Source: a candidate division WOR-3 bacterium (GTDB lineage Bacteria > Hydrothermota > Hydrothermia > B15-G9). From it: a stretch of 64,000 bases of DNA. The notes beneath the pieces are model-generated. The model was not told the DNA's origin. It ran no database searches and was given only the letters and a program-made list of their open reading frames with translations. The DNA is taken from NCBI GenBank assembly GCA_015489175.1, contig WGAI01000008.1, positions 2,457-66,456 of the forward strand, in the 5' to 3' direction. The translations under genes and the position numbers were made by a program. Of this stretch, positions 8,093 to 17,652 are shown piece by piece (position 1 is the first letter of the stretch; the number at the start of each line of letters is the position of its first letter).

Positions 8093-10770
8093 GAAGATAC
8101 CGTGACATTCTCAAAGAGTTTATAGAACAGGTTATCCACGACATCAAAAGGAGCGATGTGGCTCTCGGCTTGCTTTATCTGTCGTTCACCACATTGATCT
8201 TCCTGCTCCTTGTATTTCTCAAACCCCTTGCTCCCGTGTCAACCGCAATCAACCAGCTCATCGTTTATCACATAAAGGCTCCAGAAAACGCACCCCGCAT
8301 ACTGATAGTCAATCCCAATGACCATACAAACTCACAGTTCCTATCTGAGGTCGAACAAATAGCCAAAACTGGAGAAAAAACGGCGATTTTGATACCATTT
8401 CAATGGATCTTTTGGGAAAGGGCGGAAAAACCTAATTCATATAGACTTATAAGTTTTATAGACAGCATTAATAGGTCAAACGGAAAAGTTAAAATTTTTC
8501 TCATATCCCAGAGGAGAATAAACTATCGAATGGCCATAAGGGACACGATGCTTAAGCGTATATCGGAGTATATCTCTTTCTGGTCTGTCAGCTCCACCAG
8601 AAAGGCCATTTTTCCTTCCCCTATTAAACTTGATATTCCCGGTGAGTCGCCCCCTAATGTGCCGGTAGTTAAAAAAATTCGAGATTTTTTCGGTCCGAAA
8701 AGATCAGGTGGCAGCAAAAGGGGCAGAAGAGATGTTGTGAATGCGATCCCTATCAACCTATCCCCAATGCCATTCGAGCAAATTCCATCCCGTAAAATTT
8801 TATACTTGGATCAGATTGTGAAGTCGTATAAAAAAGAGGTGATCCTTATATGGGTTCCCGTAGATTTCGATCACATCATGGTAACAAGTGCTAAAAGGAC
8901 GCTTTCTTTCTCTCAAATACTTGCCCTGAGCATCTGGAACGAATTCGTCCCAATAAAGATGAAGCCATTTCCTCTCATGGCGGATATCATTGTGTTTTTC
9001 CTCATCGCTGTTCTGATTGCCGGGGTCAGGAAAAGAATTAACAATCTGTTTTTCGCTATTGTCATGATTGTCCTAACGATAGTGTCCCTCTATTTTTATG
9101 TCTCAAGGTATTTCTTCCCGGGAAAATACACACCTCGAATAATGGAAATCGGGTTAGCTATGTGGCTCGGCTATTTCTTTGTGTTCGCAGTCGAATCTCA
9201 CCTATTTGACCGAGCTATAGGCATTATCAAAAAATATGTTAAGGAATCGCGCACCTACATATATGTCGGAAGCAACTTTTCACCGGCATTTTACAGTTCT
9301 CTAAAACAGCTGATCCCCCCACTTGTCGCAATGGAGATTCGGACAGGATGGCCGTTCAAGCCCCATGTCAAAAGATACGGGATGAAAGATATCTCTCCCG
9401 AAAAGTTAAATTCATTGTTGCAATATTCCATCAAGAGGAAACTTGGCCTGTTTTATTCCACAAAAATTACTCTCTACTTTGAGAGTAATTTTCCCTTCAC
9501 CGACTATGAACTGAATTTTGTCGAGCGGATATGGAAAAAATCCGTTTTTATCCCTCCAATAGTTGAGTCCGTCTATTCGTGGGAAAAACTGGAGTCCTAC
9601 GGCACAAACATCTACAACGCTGACAATTACATAGAAGCGCTTGTCTATGAAAGCGTCGGATTTATATACCTGCTCGATGAAATGGAGAGCGGCGCTGCGA
9701 TATTCTGCTGCGCAGGCGTTCTGATTTATTGCAACACTAAGTTCTACGAAATACTTGGTAAAAACGAGCCTCCATCATCAGGCACGGTGATATTCGACCT
9801 CTTTGCAGACACCTTCATGGAACCATACATAAAACACATCAAAAATGTGCTGCTTATGAGACAATACACCACGGAAGACATCAAGACAATCGAGGATAGC
9901 AAAAACAAAAAGTTTTACAACATATTTTTTAGACCACTTGTCTCTCCCGAGAAAAGCAATGTAACCTTATACATGATGATACTTCAGGATGTCACGGTCA
10001 TATACCAGAAATACGAGACGGAAAAAGCATTTCGTGAAGACACTATCCACATGCTGGTCCACGAGCTCAGAAATGCACTAAGCACTACTCTATTAGACAT
10101 AAAACTGTTGCGTTCACGGCTGGGAAATGACGAGGAAATCATACAGAAAAGGCTCAAAGCTATGGAACTTTCTGTTAGATTGTTTGGAGAGCACATGGAA
10201 AAACTTAAGCACTATGCCGACTTAATGGGTAAGAAAGACATCTCCGTGGAATTGAAACATGTAAATCTTAAGGAGTTGATGAAAAAAATTTCTGAGATTA
10301 TCGATACTGTCTATCGAGGCAGAAAAGCTGAATGGACAAATTCAAAGCTTATCATAGATATACCGGATGATATGAATATAATCGTAGATGAACACCTGTT
10401 GAGTATAGTCCTCAAGAATTTGGTGGAGAACGGGTTAAAGTATAGCAATTCCAAGGTAATGGTAACGGCTGAGGACAAGGGGGAGATTGTCGAAATACGG
10501 GTGGAAGATGACGGGGAAGGCATCCCTCCTGATAAAATAAACCTGATTTGGGAAGCATTTCAGCGTATCCACACCAAGGGCAGCTCAAGCAAGGGCAGGA
10601 TTCCCGGCCTCGGACTTGGGCTGCATATCGTCCAAAGGATAATCTCATCCTACATGGAAGGCGCCTCAATCGAGGTAGGTAGAAGCGAGAAGCTCGGAGG
10701 CGCCAGCTTCATATTAAGACTTAAAAAGTGGCCTTTTCCTAACCGAAAACAACATCAAGGTAAAGCATGA
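8083..10770 (+). CDS. Membrane sensor histidine kinase (large extracytoplasmic region, PAS-like domain, HisKA, HATPase)
   Basis: H-box HELRNAL, N-box NLVENGLKY, G1 VEDDGEGIP, G2 GLGLGL. One N-terminal TM plus a 3-TM cluster, a CHASE2-like layout. Confidence 0.9.
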   Translation: MYMRRYRDILKEFIEQVIHDIKRSDVALGLLYLSFTTLIFLLLVFLKPLAPVSTAINQLIVYHIKAPENAPRILIVNPNDHTNSQFLSEVEQIAKTGEKTAILIPFQWIFWERAEKPNSYRLISFIDSINRSNGKVKIFLISQRRINYRMAIRDTMLKRISEYISFWSVSSTRKAIFPSPIKLDIPGESPPNVPVVKKIRDFFGPKRSGGSKRGRRDVVNAIPINLSPMPFEQIPSRKILYLDQIVKSYKKEVILIWVPVDFDHIMVTSAKRTLSFSQILALSIWNEFVPIKMKPFPLMADIIVFFLIAVLIAGVRKRINNLFFAIVMIVLTIVSLYFYVSRYFFPGKYTPRIMEIGLAMWLGYFFVFAVESHLFDRAIGIIKKYVKESRTYIYVGSNFSPAFYSSLKQLIPPLVAMEIRTGWPFKPHVKRYGMKDISPEKLNSLLQYSIKRKLGLFYSTKITLYFESNFPFTDYELNFVERIWKKSVFIPPIVESVYSWEKLESYGTNIYNADNYIEALVYESVGFIYLLDEMESGAAIFCCAGVLIYCNTKFYEILGKNEPPSSGTVIFDLFADTFMEPYIKHIKNVLLMRQYTTEDIKTIEDSKNKKFYNIFFRPLVSPEKSNVTLYMMILQDVTVIYQKYETEKAFREDTIHMLVHELRNALSTTLLDIKLLRSRLGNDEEIIQKRLKAMELSVRLFGEHMEKLKHYADLMGKKDISVELKHVNLKELMKKISEIIDTVYRGRKAEWTNSKLIIDIPDDMNIIVDEHLLSIVLKNLVENGLKYSNSKVMVTAEDKGEIVEIRVEDDGEGIPPDKINLIWEAFQRIHTKGSSSKGRIPGLGLGLHIVQRIISSYMEGASIEVGRSEKLGGASFILRLKKWPFPNRKQHQGKA

Positions 10771-11530
10771 CTATTATGCCGAGTATAGTTCCAAATGTGG
10801 CATAACGCTCATGTCCCTTCCTGTGAGTCTCAGGCACTATCTCATCGCTTATCACATACAGCATGGCCCCCGCCGCAAAACCCATAGCGTAAGGTATCAC
10901 CGGCCTGGCGATGCTCACGGCCCATGCGCCGAACATAGCAAGCGGTATCTCCACAAGACCTGATCTTATTCCGGTAAGAGCCGCATAAAAGCCCTTGCCC
11001 ATTCCGGCACTCACAGCCGAGAGCGAAACGGAGAATCCTTCGGGTATGTTCTGCAGACCAATGGCGATCATGAGCACTATGGCGTCCCGCATCATGTCTG
11101 AACCGAAGGCCACACCAACAGCAAGGCCTTCGGGCATATTGTGCAGCGTTATGGCTATGATGAAGAGCCACACAGCCCTAATTCTTTTGGTGCGTATCCC
11201 CTCAAAGCCGATTATCGTGTGCATGTGAGGTATCAGGTGATCCGCAACCTCCAAAAACACTGAACCGATAACTATGCCTATCAAAACGGGAACAACTCCC
11301 CCAAGCTCTATTCCGGGCATGATAAGGCTTGTGAAACTTGCAGAAAGCATGACCCCGGCCGCAAACCCAAGTGAGGCGTCCAAAAACTTGTTTGACGCCC
11401 TTCTTATGAAAATTACCAATATCGCACCGAGTGAGTTCAAAAGGGTGGTGAAAACCCCGCCCCAGAAACCGAGCCAGATGGGCTTTCCACCTGAAAGCTT
11501 AATGAACACATTGATAAGTGCATCAACCAT
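10739..11530 (-). CDS. ZIP family (ZupT/GufA) divalent metal transporter
   Basis: LGFAAGVML.ASF, PH.H loop, AITLHNMPEGLAVG, IGLQNIPEG, FAAGAMLYV..DE..PE. Confidence 0.93.
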   Translation of the reverse strand: MVDALINVFIKLSGGKPIWLGFWGGVFTTLLNSLGAILVIFIRRASNKFLDASLGFAAGVMLSASFTSLIMPGIELGGVVPVLIGIVIGSVFLEVADHLIPHMHTIIGFEGIRTKRIRAVWLFIIAITLHNMPEGLAVGVAFGSDMMRDAIVLMIAIGLQNIPEGFSVSLSAVSAGMGKGFYAALTGIRSGLVEIPLAMFGAWAVSIARPVIPYAMGFAAGAMLYVISDEIVPETHRKGHERYATFGTILGIIVMLYLDVVFG

Positions 11531-11606
11531 AACTACCTCCCTGTGCGAATTTCCCTTAGTGTGGTCTTAGTATATTGGATTTCGTGGTTGAAGCTGTCCA
11601 AGCAGG

Positions 11607-11636
11607 CAAAAGAGGGGCAGGGCGTCCCCTGCCCCT
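11607..11636 (-). terminator. Intrinsic terminator after nrdD
   Basis: 10-bp stem aggggcaggg/ccctgcccct, 4-nt loop, followed by a U-run on the minus strand. Confidence 0.75.
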
Positions 11637-11641
11637 GACTA

Positions 11642-14600
11642 TCAAAGGTTATCGAGTTTCAGGATGAGGCCGCCGAACGGTGCTTCGTCCTTCTCTTCCT
11701 CTTCTTCCTCATCGTCAACAATCAAATATGCCCCCTCCTGAAGCTGTTGAAGCTCCTCCATATCAAGCTCCATCACGCGACCGAACCGCTTGAGATCTTC
11801 CTCGCTGTGCGGATACGGGCATATCCAGTGCTCGCCGGGTATATAACCGTGTATAGGGCATACGGAGAATGTCGGTGTGAGGCTGAAATATGGGAGTCGA
11901 TAGTTGCTGACTATCTGGCGAACGAGGTCTCGCACGACACGCCAGTCATGAATCGCCTCGCCGATGAAAAGATGCACCACTGTGCCGCCCGTGAACTGAA
12001 TTTGAAGCTCATCTTGGTGCTCAAGTATCTCAAAGATGTCGTTCGTGTAATCGACGGGCACATGGACGGAGTTGGTGTAGTAGGGAGAAGTGACTGTGCC
12101 AGCTGTCTTTATGCCGGGATAATTCTCGAGATCCTTTTTCGCCAGCCTGTAGGACGCACCTTCGGCCGGCGTGGCCTCGAGGTTGTAAAGGTTGCCCGTT
12201 TCGGCCTGAAAGTCCGCTATCTTCTCCCTCATAAACTTCAGAACTTTAAGCGCAAACTCGCGCGCCTCAGGATGGATGATCGGCACACCTAAGAAATTGC
12301 GGGTCATTTCGTTCATGCCCACGAGCCCGATCGTCGAAAAGTGGTTGTTCCAGTATCGGCCAACCGCTTCCTTGATGCTCCTCAGGTAAAACTTGGAGTA
12401 GGGGTAAAGCCCTCGCTCCGTCAAGTCCTCAAGCACCTTGCGCTTGATCTCGAGCGATTTGTGTGCAAGATACATCCTGTCTTCCAGAATTTTGAAGAAT
12501 TCGTCCTCGTTGCTGGCCTCAAAGCCGATCCTCGGCAGGTTGATCGTCACGACGCCGATCGAGCCGGTGAGCGGTGCGGCACCGAAAAGTCCGCCGCCGC
12601 GCTTGCGCAGCTCTCGGTTGTCAAGCCTCAGGCGGCAGCACATGCTGCGCGCATCCTCAGGCCGCATGTCAGAATGGACAAAGTTGGCGAAGTAAGGGAC
12701 GCCGAACTTGGCCGTCATCTCCCACAACGGCTGTAGTTTGTCGTTGCTCCAGTCGAAATCTTTGGTTATGTTGTATGTCGGTATCGGAAATGTGAAAATT
12801 CGAGACTTAGCATCCCCCTCCATCATCACCTCAGCGAACGCCCTGTTGATCATGTCCATCTCTTCCTGAAACTCGTCGTATGTCTCCGGCATCTCCTTGC
12901 CACCGATGATGACATGCTTGCCCTTGTAGAGAGGCGAGACAGTGAGGTCAAGCGTTATGTTTGTAAATGGCGTGTTGTGGAAGAGAAGAAGGCCAGCTCC
13001 GCCTGCGAAATTCTCAGTCGGCGCATCGACGGATATATCGTATTCCCAATCATGTCCATACTCGTAATCCGTTATCCCGGTGACAGTGCTTCCAGAAAGG
13101 TCATTGCGGGCAAATTCAAGGTCCTCCTTGCCGTTCTCCGCGATCCAAAGCGTGTCGCCGTCAACCTTCACATTCAGCCCAAGCGAAACAGCTATGAGCG
13201 ACAGGCCGGTCAACAGGATTTCAGACGGGGAACTGACTTTGTCGCCAGCCACTTTGAAAATCGTATCGAGATAAGCCTTTCTCAGGTCTGAATTGAGGTC
13301 AAAGATGAAGTAAGGAACGCCTCTCTCCGCATCCCCTCCATCGACAAACTGAGCCAGAAGTCCCGCCAGCCCGCCCGAAATGATATACGAATCACCATCA
13401 ACGAGATAGCTTACATTCAAGCGCTTGAGGTCAGATTCGAGCTCAGCGGTATCATGGCCGACATGGATCTTAATTCCATCGCCGTGCGGCTTACCGGCAA
13501 CGGTCACCCATGCGGCCAGTTTAACGAACGCCTCAAGTTCATCGTTCTCCAGCACCGTCGCATCACCTTTCCAGCCCAACTCGCTAATGTCAAGAGAGGT
13601 CCTGTTTCCGAGTATCCCCTCGCCTATCGACCTGACGGCAAGCACATGGCTGTTTATCGTCAGTGCGTCTCGGTCGCTCACTTCAAGCTGAGAAGCAGAG
13701 ATCGGCTTCACCTCATGGTCGTTGAGATGGAACAGTGAGTGAGCGGGCGACACCCTCGCCTCACCTGAAGTCGTGGAAACCTTCTTAAATCGCCTGTGCG
13801 GCACCCTATGCTTCACGAAGGCCTTGATTTTCAGCCATTTGACATTGCCGTCCTTATCAAATCCAAGTGCTTCAAAGGATTCCGATGGCTCGACTGCAAG
13901 CGAATCCTCAGACGGGTTGCCGTAGCCATCGACATTCTTGATAACCCGCTCGCCATTAGCTGCGAATTGGCCGTCAACGAGTCGCCCGATCTTCTCGACC
14001 ATTACCCTGCCGTTTTTCCTGACTACAACGGGCATGTCGTAGTCCAGAGACTGGAAACCGACCCTCGTCGGCACATTGACATTGAAAAGGAACTCCTGAA
14101 TAGCCTGTTTGACCTCCCGATAGCCGAGCCCGTCGTATCTGATAAACGGGGCAAGCAAGGTGTCGAAGTTGCTGAACGCCTGAGCCCCTGCTGCCTCGCC
14201 CTGCAGGGTGTAGAAGAAGTTAACGATCTGGCCGAGCGCCACGCGAAAATGTTTGGCAGGTTTTGACTCGATTTTGCCTCTGACGCCGCCAAATCCCACT
14301 CTGAGGAGGTCTTCGAGGTCCCATCCGACACAGTAAACGCCCAGTATGCCGAGGTCGTGGATGTGGAAATCGCCGCTCTCATGTGCCTTTTTGATCTCAG
14401 GCGGATAAATTTTGTTAAGCCAATACCTTGCGACGACGGAAGAGGCAAGGTAGAAGTTCAGCCCCTGAAGCGAATATGTCATGTTTGAGTTCTCCGCTAC
14501 ACGCCAGTCCGAGCGCTCCACATACTCATCGACCAGTTTTATCCCGTCAACGAAGATCGACTCAAGTTCGCGCGCCTCAGCCCGTTTCTGGCGGTAGAGG

Positions 14601-14860
14601 ATGTAAGCTTTCGCGACTTTGGCGTGCCCTTCTTCGATCAGAATCTTCTCGACAATGTCCTGAATATCCTCAACAGAAGGAACCCGCCCCTTTGAATAAA
14701 ACTTTTCATCGACCATCCACTCAACCATACCGGCGAGACGCTCGGCTGTCTTGCGATCGCGCCCCTGCACCGAGCGCGCCGCCTTGAAGATGGCCGACGC
14801 AATCCGCTCCCTGTCAAAGGGGACGACTCGCCCATCCCGTTTGATCACAACTTTATCCAT
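11642..14860 (-). CDS. nrdD: Anaerobic (class III) ribonucleoside-triphosphate reductase with N-terminal ATP cone; intein-containing
   Basis: ATP cone VIKRDGRVVPFD..RI..AI; HIHDL; QGEAAGAQA; finger loop SMCCRL; TGSIGVVTINLPR; NLEATPAEG; CPIHGY..GEH..CP. Start ATG 14860 with SD AGGAGG. Confidence 0.95.
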   Translation of the reverse strand: MDKVVIKRDGRVVPFDRERIASAIFKAARSVQGRDRKTAERLAGMVEWMVDEKFYSKGRVPSVEDIQDIVEKILIEEGHAKVAKAYILYRQKRAEARELESIFVDGIKLVDEYVERSDWRVAENSNMTYSLQGLNFYLASSVVARYWLNKIYPPEIKKAHESGDFHIHDLGILGVYCVGWDLEDLLRVGFGGVRGKIESKPAKHFRVALGQIVNFFYTLQGEAAGAQAFSNFDTLLAPFIRYDGLGYREVKQAIQEFLFNVNVPTRVGFQSLDYDMPVVVRKNGRVMVEKIGRLVDGQFAANGERVIKNVDGYGNPSEDSLAVEPSESFEALGFDKDGNVKWLKIKAFVKHRVPHRRFKKVSTTSGEARVSPAHSLFHLNDHEVKPISASQLEVSDRDALTINSHVLAVRSIGEGILGNRTSLDISELGWKGDATVLENDELEAFVKLAAWVTVAGKPHGDGIKIHVGHDTAELESDLKRLNVSYLVDGDSYIISGGLAGLLAQFVDGGDAERGVPYFIFDLNSDLRKAYLDTIFKVAGDKVSSPSEILLTGLSLIAVSLGLNVKVDGDTLWIAENGKEDLEFARNDLSGSTVTGITDYEYGHDWEYDISVDAPTENFAGGAGLLLFHNTPFTNITLDLTVSPLYKGKHVIIGGKEMPETYDEFQEEMDMINRAFAEVMMEGDAKSRIFTFPIPTYNITKDFDWSNDKLQPLWEMTAKFGVPYFANFVHSDMRPEDARSMCCRLRLDNRELRKRGGGLFGAAPLTGSIGVVTINLPRIGFEASNEDEFFKILEDRMYLAHKSLEIKRKVLEDLTERGLYPYSKFYLRSIKEAVGRYWNNHFSTIGLVGMNEMTRNFLGVPIIHPEAREFALKVLKFMREKIADFQAETGNLYNLEATPAEGASYRLAKKDLENYPGIKTAGTVTSPYYTNSVHVPVDYTNDIFEILEHQDELQIQFTGGTVVHLFIGEAIHDWRVVRDLVRQIVSNYRLPYFSLTPTFSVCPIHGYIPGEHWICPYPHSEEDLKRFGRVMELDMEELQQLQEGAYLIVDDEEEEEEKDEAPFGGLILKLDNL
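12974..14050 (-). mobile_element. Intein (359 aa) in NrdD with degenerate LAGLIDADG endonuclease
   Basis: Interrupts the conserved RVGFQ|TPFTN. Begins SLDYD; block B SPAHSLF; block F YDISV..ENF; ends FHN followed by Thr(+1). Confidence 0.93.
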
Positions 14861-15309
14861 TGAAATTCGCCTCCTATTTTCATAAGTTTTGCCCGAAAAT
14901 GGAATCCGAGCTCTGGTTTGGGAAATTCTCAGCTTAATGCAAAAGGTGGCCATTATCCAGATTTACCAAAATAGGCCTTAAAGCCTTACTCACCAGTTTA
15001 ATAGCGACTAATTTGAAACTCAGCCGACGAAGACAGGGAATTCGTTTGTTGCTCAACAGGAAATGAGGATCGATGATATCCATGCCCTCCTGGATTTATG
15101 CGGCAAGTTCCATGCCTCAACTAATGTCGCAGCACGAACTCAAGTGTCACAAGAGGACGATAAATTTGTTTGAATTGAGAAAAAATCAAGTTAGAGCTCA
15201 TCGGCAACATTCCGGCAAGCCGCAGCCAATCCGAAAATTTTATGATGCATCGGGAAAGCCGTGATCAGAGAGGCAGGGAAACGGACTACCCGGCAGGGTT
15301 AGCGGTAAA

Positions 15310-15337
15310 AATGAAAGAGGGCGGCAGAGCCGCCCTC
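15310..15337 (-). terminator. Intrinsic terminator after mrp
   Basis: gagggcggc-aga-gccgccctc, a perfect 9-bp stem, followed by a U-rich tract on the minus strand. Confidence 0.75.
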
Positions 15338-15362
15338 GAAAAATTCCATTCGGTGCGATGGG

Positions 15363-16406
15363 TTAAATTCTGAGGTTATCGAGGCTCGGAGGAGTCTCTT
15401 TTGCAATTCTCTCGCATTCCTGAGCGACGGTCTCAGCAAGCTCAAGGTAAACTTTTGCCGATTCCGATTCCGGCATGGCCATTATAACCGGCATACCAAT
15501 GTCGCCGGCCTTCACGATCTCAGGCTCGATCGGAAGTTGTGCCAGCAATTTGACGCCCATCTCCTCCTCCAACTTCTTACCGCCGCCCTCTCCAAAGATG
15601 CGCGTGACATGGCCACACTTGGGGCAGCGGAAGTAACTCATGTTCTCCACGACGCCGATGACAGGTATGTTCATCTTCAGGAACATGTTGATGGCTTTCT
15701 TCACATCGGAGATCGCCACATCCTGAGGCGTGGTAACCGCTATGCCACCCCTCAGTTTCATGAGCTGTGAGGCGCTGATCTGTGGGTCGCCTGTGCCGGG
15801 CGGAAAGTCCACGATGAGAAAATCGAGCTCGCCCCAATGGACATCGAAGTAGAACTGCTCGTAGGTTTTGTGGACAAGCGGACCTCGCCAGATCACAGGC
15901 GTGTCCTCCTCGATCAAAAATCCGATGGAGAGCACTTTAATGCCGAACCTTTCGATCGGGATTATCTTCCCATCTTTGGCATAGAGCTGCGATTTTTCGA
16001 GGCCGAGCATCTTTGGAACCGAAGGCCCGTAGATGTCACCGTCCAACAGGCCAACTTTGTAGTTTTTGGCAGCGAGAGCAACCGCAAGGTTGACGGCGAC
16101 CGTGGATTTTCCAACTCCGCCCTTGCCGCTCGTTACAGCGATGATGTGCTTGATGTCAGGATGACGGCGCATGTTAACGCTTATGGGAGTCGTCGGCTTC
16201 TCTTCGATCTCGATCTCCTTGACGTCGGGCAGCTGTTTCAAAGCATCCTCAGCCTTCTTTTTGAGCTCCTCCATCTGATCAGCAGGCGCTGAAAGCTGAA
16301 ATTTAACCTTAACCCCATCTTCCCTCTTCTGCAGCAGCACGTTCCGCACATTTCTGAGGTCAATGACCTCCTTCAGTGCGGCGTAAACATCTTCAAGTTT
16401 CAGCAT
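15363..16406 (-). CDS. mrp: Mrp/NBP35 (ApbC) Fe-S cluster carrier ATPase
   Basis: SGKGGVGKST, GDIYGPS, WRGP, DFPPGTGD, VTTPQ, ENMSYF.CPKC. Confidence 0.95.
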   Translation of the reverse strand: MLKLEDVYAALKEVIDLRNVRNVLLQKREDGVKVKFQLSAPADQMEELKKKAEDALKQLPDVKEIEIEEKPTTPISVNMRRHPDIKHIIAVTSGKGGVGKSTVAVNLAVALAAKNYKVGLLDGDIYGPSVPKMLGLEKSQLYAKDGKIIPIERFGIKVLSIGFLIEEDTPVIWRGPLVHKTYEQFYFDVHWGELDFLIVDFPPGTGDPQISASQLMKLRGGIAVTTPQDVAISDVKKAINMFLKMNIPVIGVVENMSYFRCPKCGHVTRIFGEGGGKKLEEEMGVKLLAQLPIEPEIVKAGDIGMPVIMAMPESESAKVYLELAETVAQECERIAKETPPSLDNLRI

Positions 16407-16492
16407 CTCGTTTGTCCTCCTTGTAAAAGTGACTGAATAAGTTTCTTATTGCAGAGCTTGATTATATGGCCGAAATTTTCGGCCAGCAATGT

Positions 16493-17644
16493 TTAAGACT
16501 GTTTCTCAATTATGCTGGAAATACCCCCATTTTGCATGAGGTTAACCTTAATCATCTCCTTCAATTCGTCGATATTCCGACCCGTGCGTGCGGACACAAA
16601 CACATAGTTGTCGTATCGCTCCTGCATCCTGGAGATTACATTATCATCAAGCAGGAGATCCACCTTGTTAAACACACGGATAATAGGCTTTTCCGCACAT
16701 CCAAGCTGTTCGAGCGTCCTCTCGACGATCTCAATCCTTTCATCCAGACGCGTTGAGGTTATGTCGATGACATGGAGAAGCAGGTCAGCCTCCTCGACCA
16801 CAGCGAGAGTTGCATGGAACGAAGCGACGAGGTTGGGCGGCAGGTCTTCGATAAACCCGACGGTATCGGAAAGCACCACCGGCTTCGGAAGGCCATCCAT
16901 GTAAAGCGTTCGGGTGGTGGCGTCGAGTGTGGCGAACGGGCGATCTTCGACGAGCACGCCGGCATGGGTCAGCACATTCATGAGGGACGATTTCCCGGTG
17001 TTCGTATAGCCGACGAGAGTGACTTTGAAGATTTCGCGCCGCCTTTTCCTTTGAAGTGCTTTGCTTCGCTCAATTCTGCGGAGTTTGCTCTCAAGCCCTT
17101 TGATGCGCTGGAGGATGTGCTGCCTGTCGATCTCAAGCTGGGTCTGTCCCGGCCCCCTTGTGCCGATTCCAGCCCCAAGTCGGGACATCCATTTGCCGCT
17201 GCCTATGAGTTTTGACAGACGATAACGCAGCTGAGCGAGTTCGACCTGAATTTTCGCTTCCGCCGTCCGCGCATGCTGCGCGAAGATGTCCATTATCAAC
17301 TCGTTCCGTGTGACAACCTTGCATTTGAACATCTGCTCGAGGTTCCGAATTTGGGACGGAGAGAGGTCCATGTCGAAGATCACGAGGTCGAGTTTGTATT
17401 CCTCAACAATTCGGCGTATCTCCTGAGCTTTCCCTTTCCCGATGTAGTAGGAAGGATCCGGTTTTTCCCTGATCTGAAGCACTTTCTCGAAGACCTCTGC
17501 CCCGGCGGATTCCGCAAGGTGAGCCAGCTCTTCGAGGCGGTCGATTTCGCGCCACCTGTCACGGGACGAGCTTGCGACTCCGACTAAAAGCGCTTTCTCC
17601 CTCTTTTTCGCTTCTCCCTCAAGGTCTATGAGCTTCTTTTTCAT
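16493..17644 (-). CDS. hflX: GTPase HflX
   Basis: G.GKA.EI, IFAQHART.EAKIQVELAQL, GIGTRGPG.TQLE.DR, GYTNTGKSS, FATLD.TTR, DTVGFI, NKVD. Start at ATG 17644. Confidence 0.96.
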   Translation of the reverse strand: MKKKLIDLEGEAKKREKALLVGVASSSRDRWREIDRLEELAHLAESAGAEVFEKVLQIREKPDPSYYIGKGKAQEIRRIVEEYKLDLVIFDMDLSPSQIRNLEQMFKCKVVTRNELIMDIFAQHARTAEAKIQVELAQLRYRLSKLIGSGKWMSRLGAGIGTRGPGQTQLEIDRQHILQRIKGLESKLRRIERSKALQRKRRREIFKVTLVGYTNTGKSSLMNVLTHAGVLVEDRPFATLDATTRTLYMDGLPKPVVLSDTVGFIEDLPPNLVASFHATLAVVEEADLLLHVIDITSTRLDERIEIVERTLEQLGCAEKPIIRVFNKVDLLLDDNVISRMQERYDNYVFVSARTGRNIDELKEMIKVNLMQNGGISSIIEKQS

Positions 17645-17652
17645 AAACAGAT

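Noticed and set aside
11747-14835. Many long antisense or alternate-frame ORFs over nrdD, and similar ones over hflX, aldH, fhs, secY and fusA (e.g. 61370..62443, 55206..56186)
   Set aside because: They lie entirely opposite well-conserved genes, have no recognisable motifs, and are expected from codon bias in a genome of about 50% GC.
14861-15309. Long intergenic region upstream of nrdD, checked for an NrdR box, a riboswitch or a small glycyl-radical ORF
   Set aside because: No convincing NrdR palindrome or riboswitch core. The short ORFs (e.g. 15073..15264 and a 49-codon minus-strand ORF) lack RxxGY and good SD spacing.
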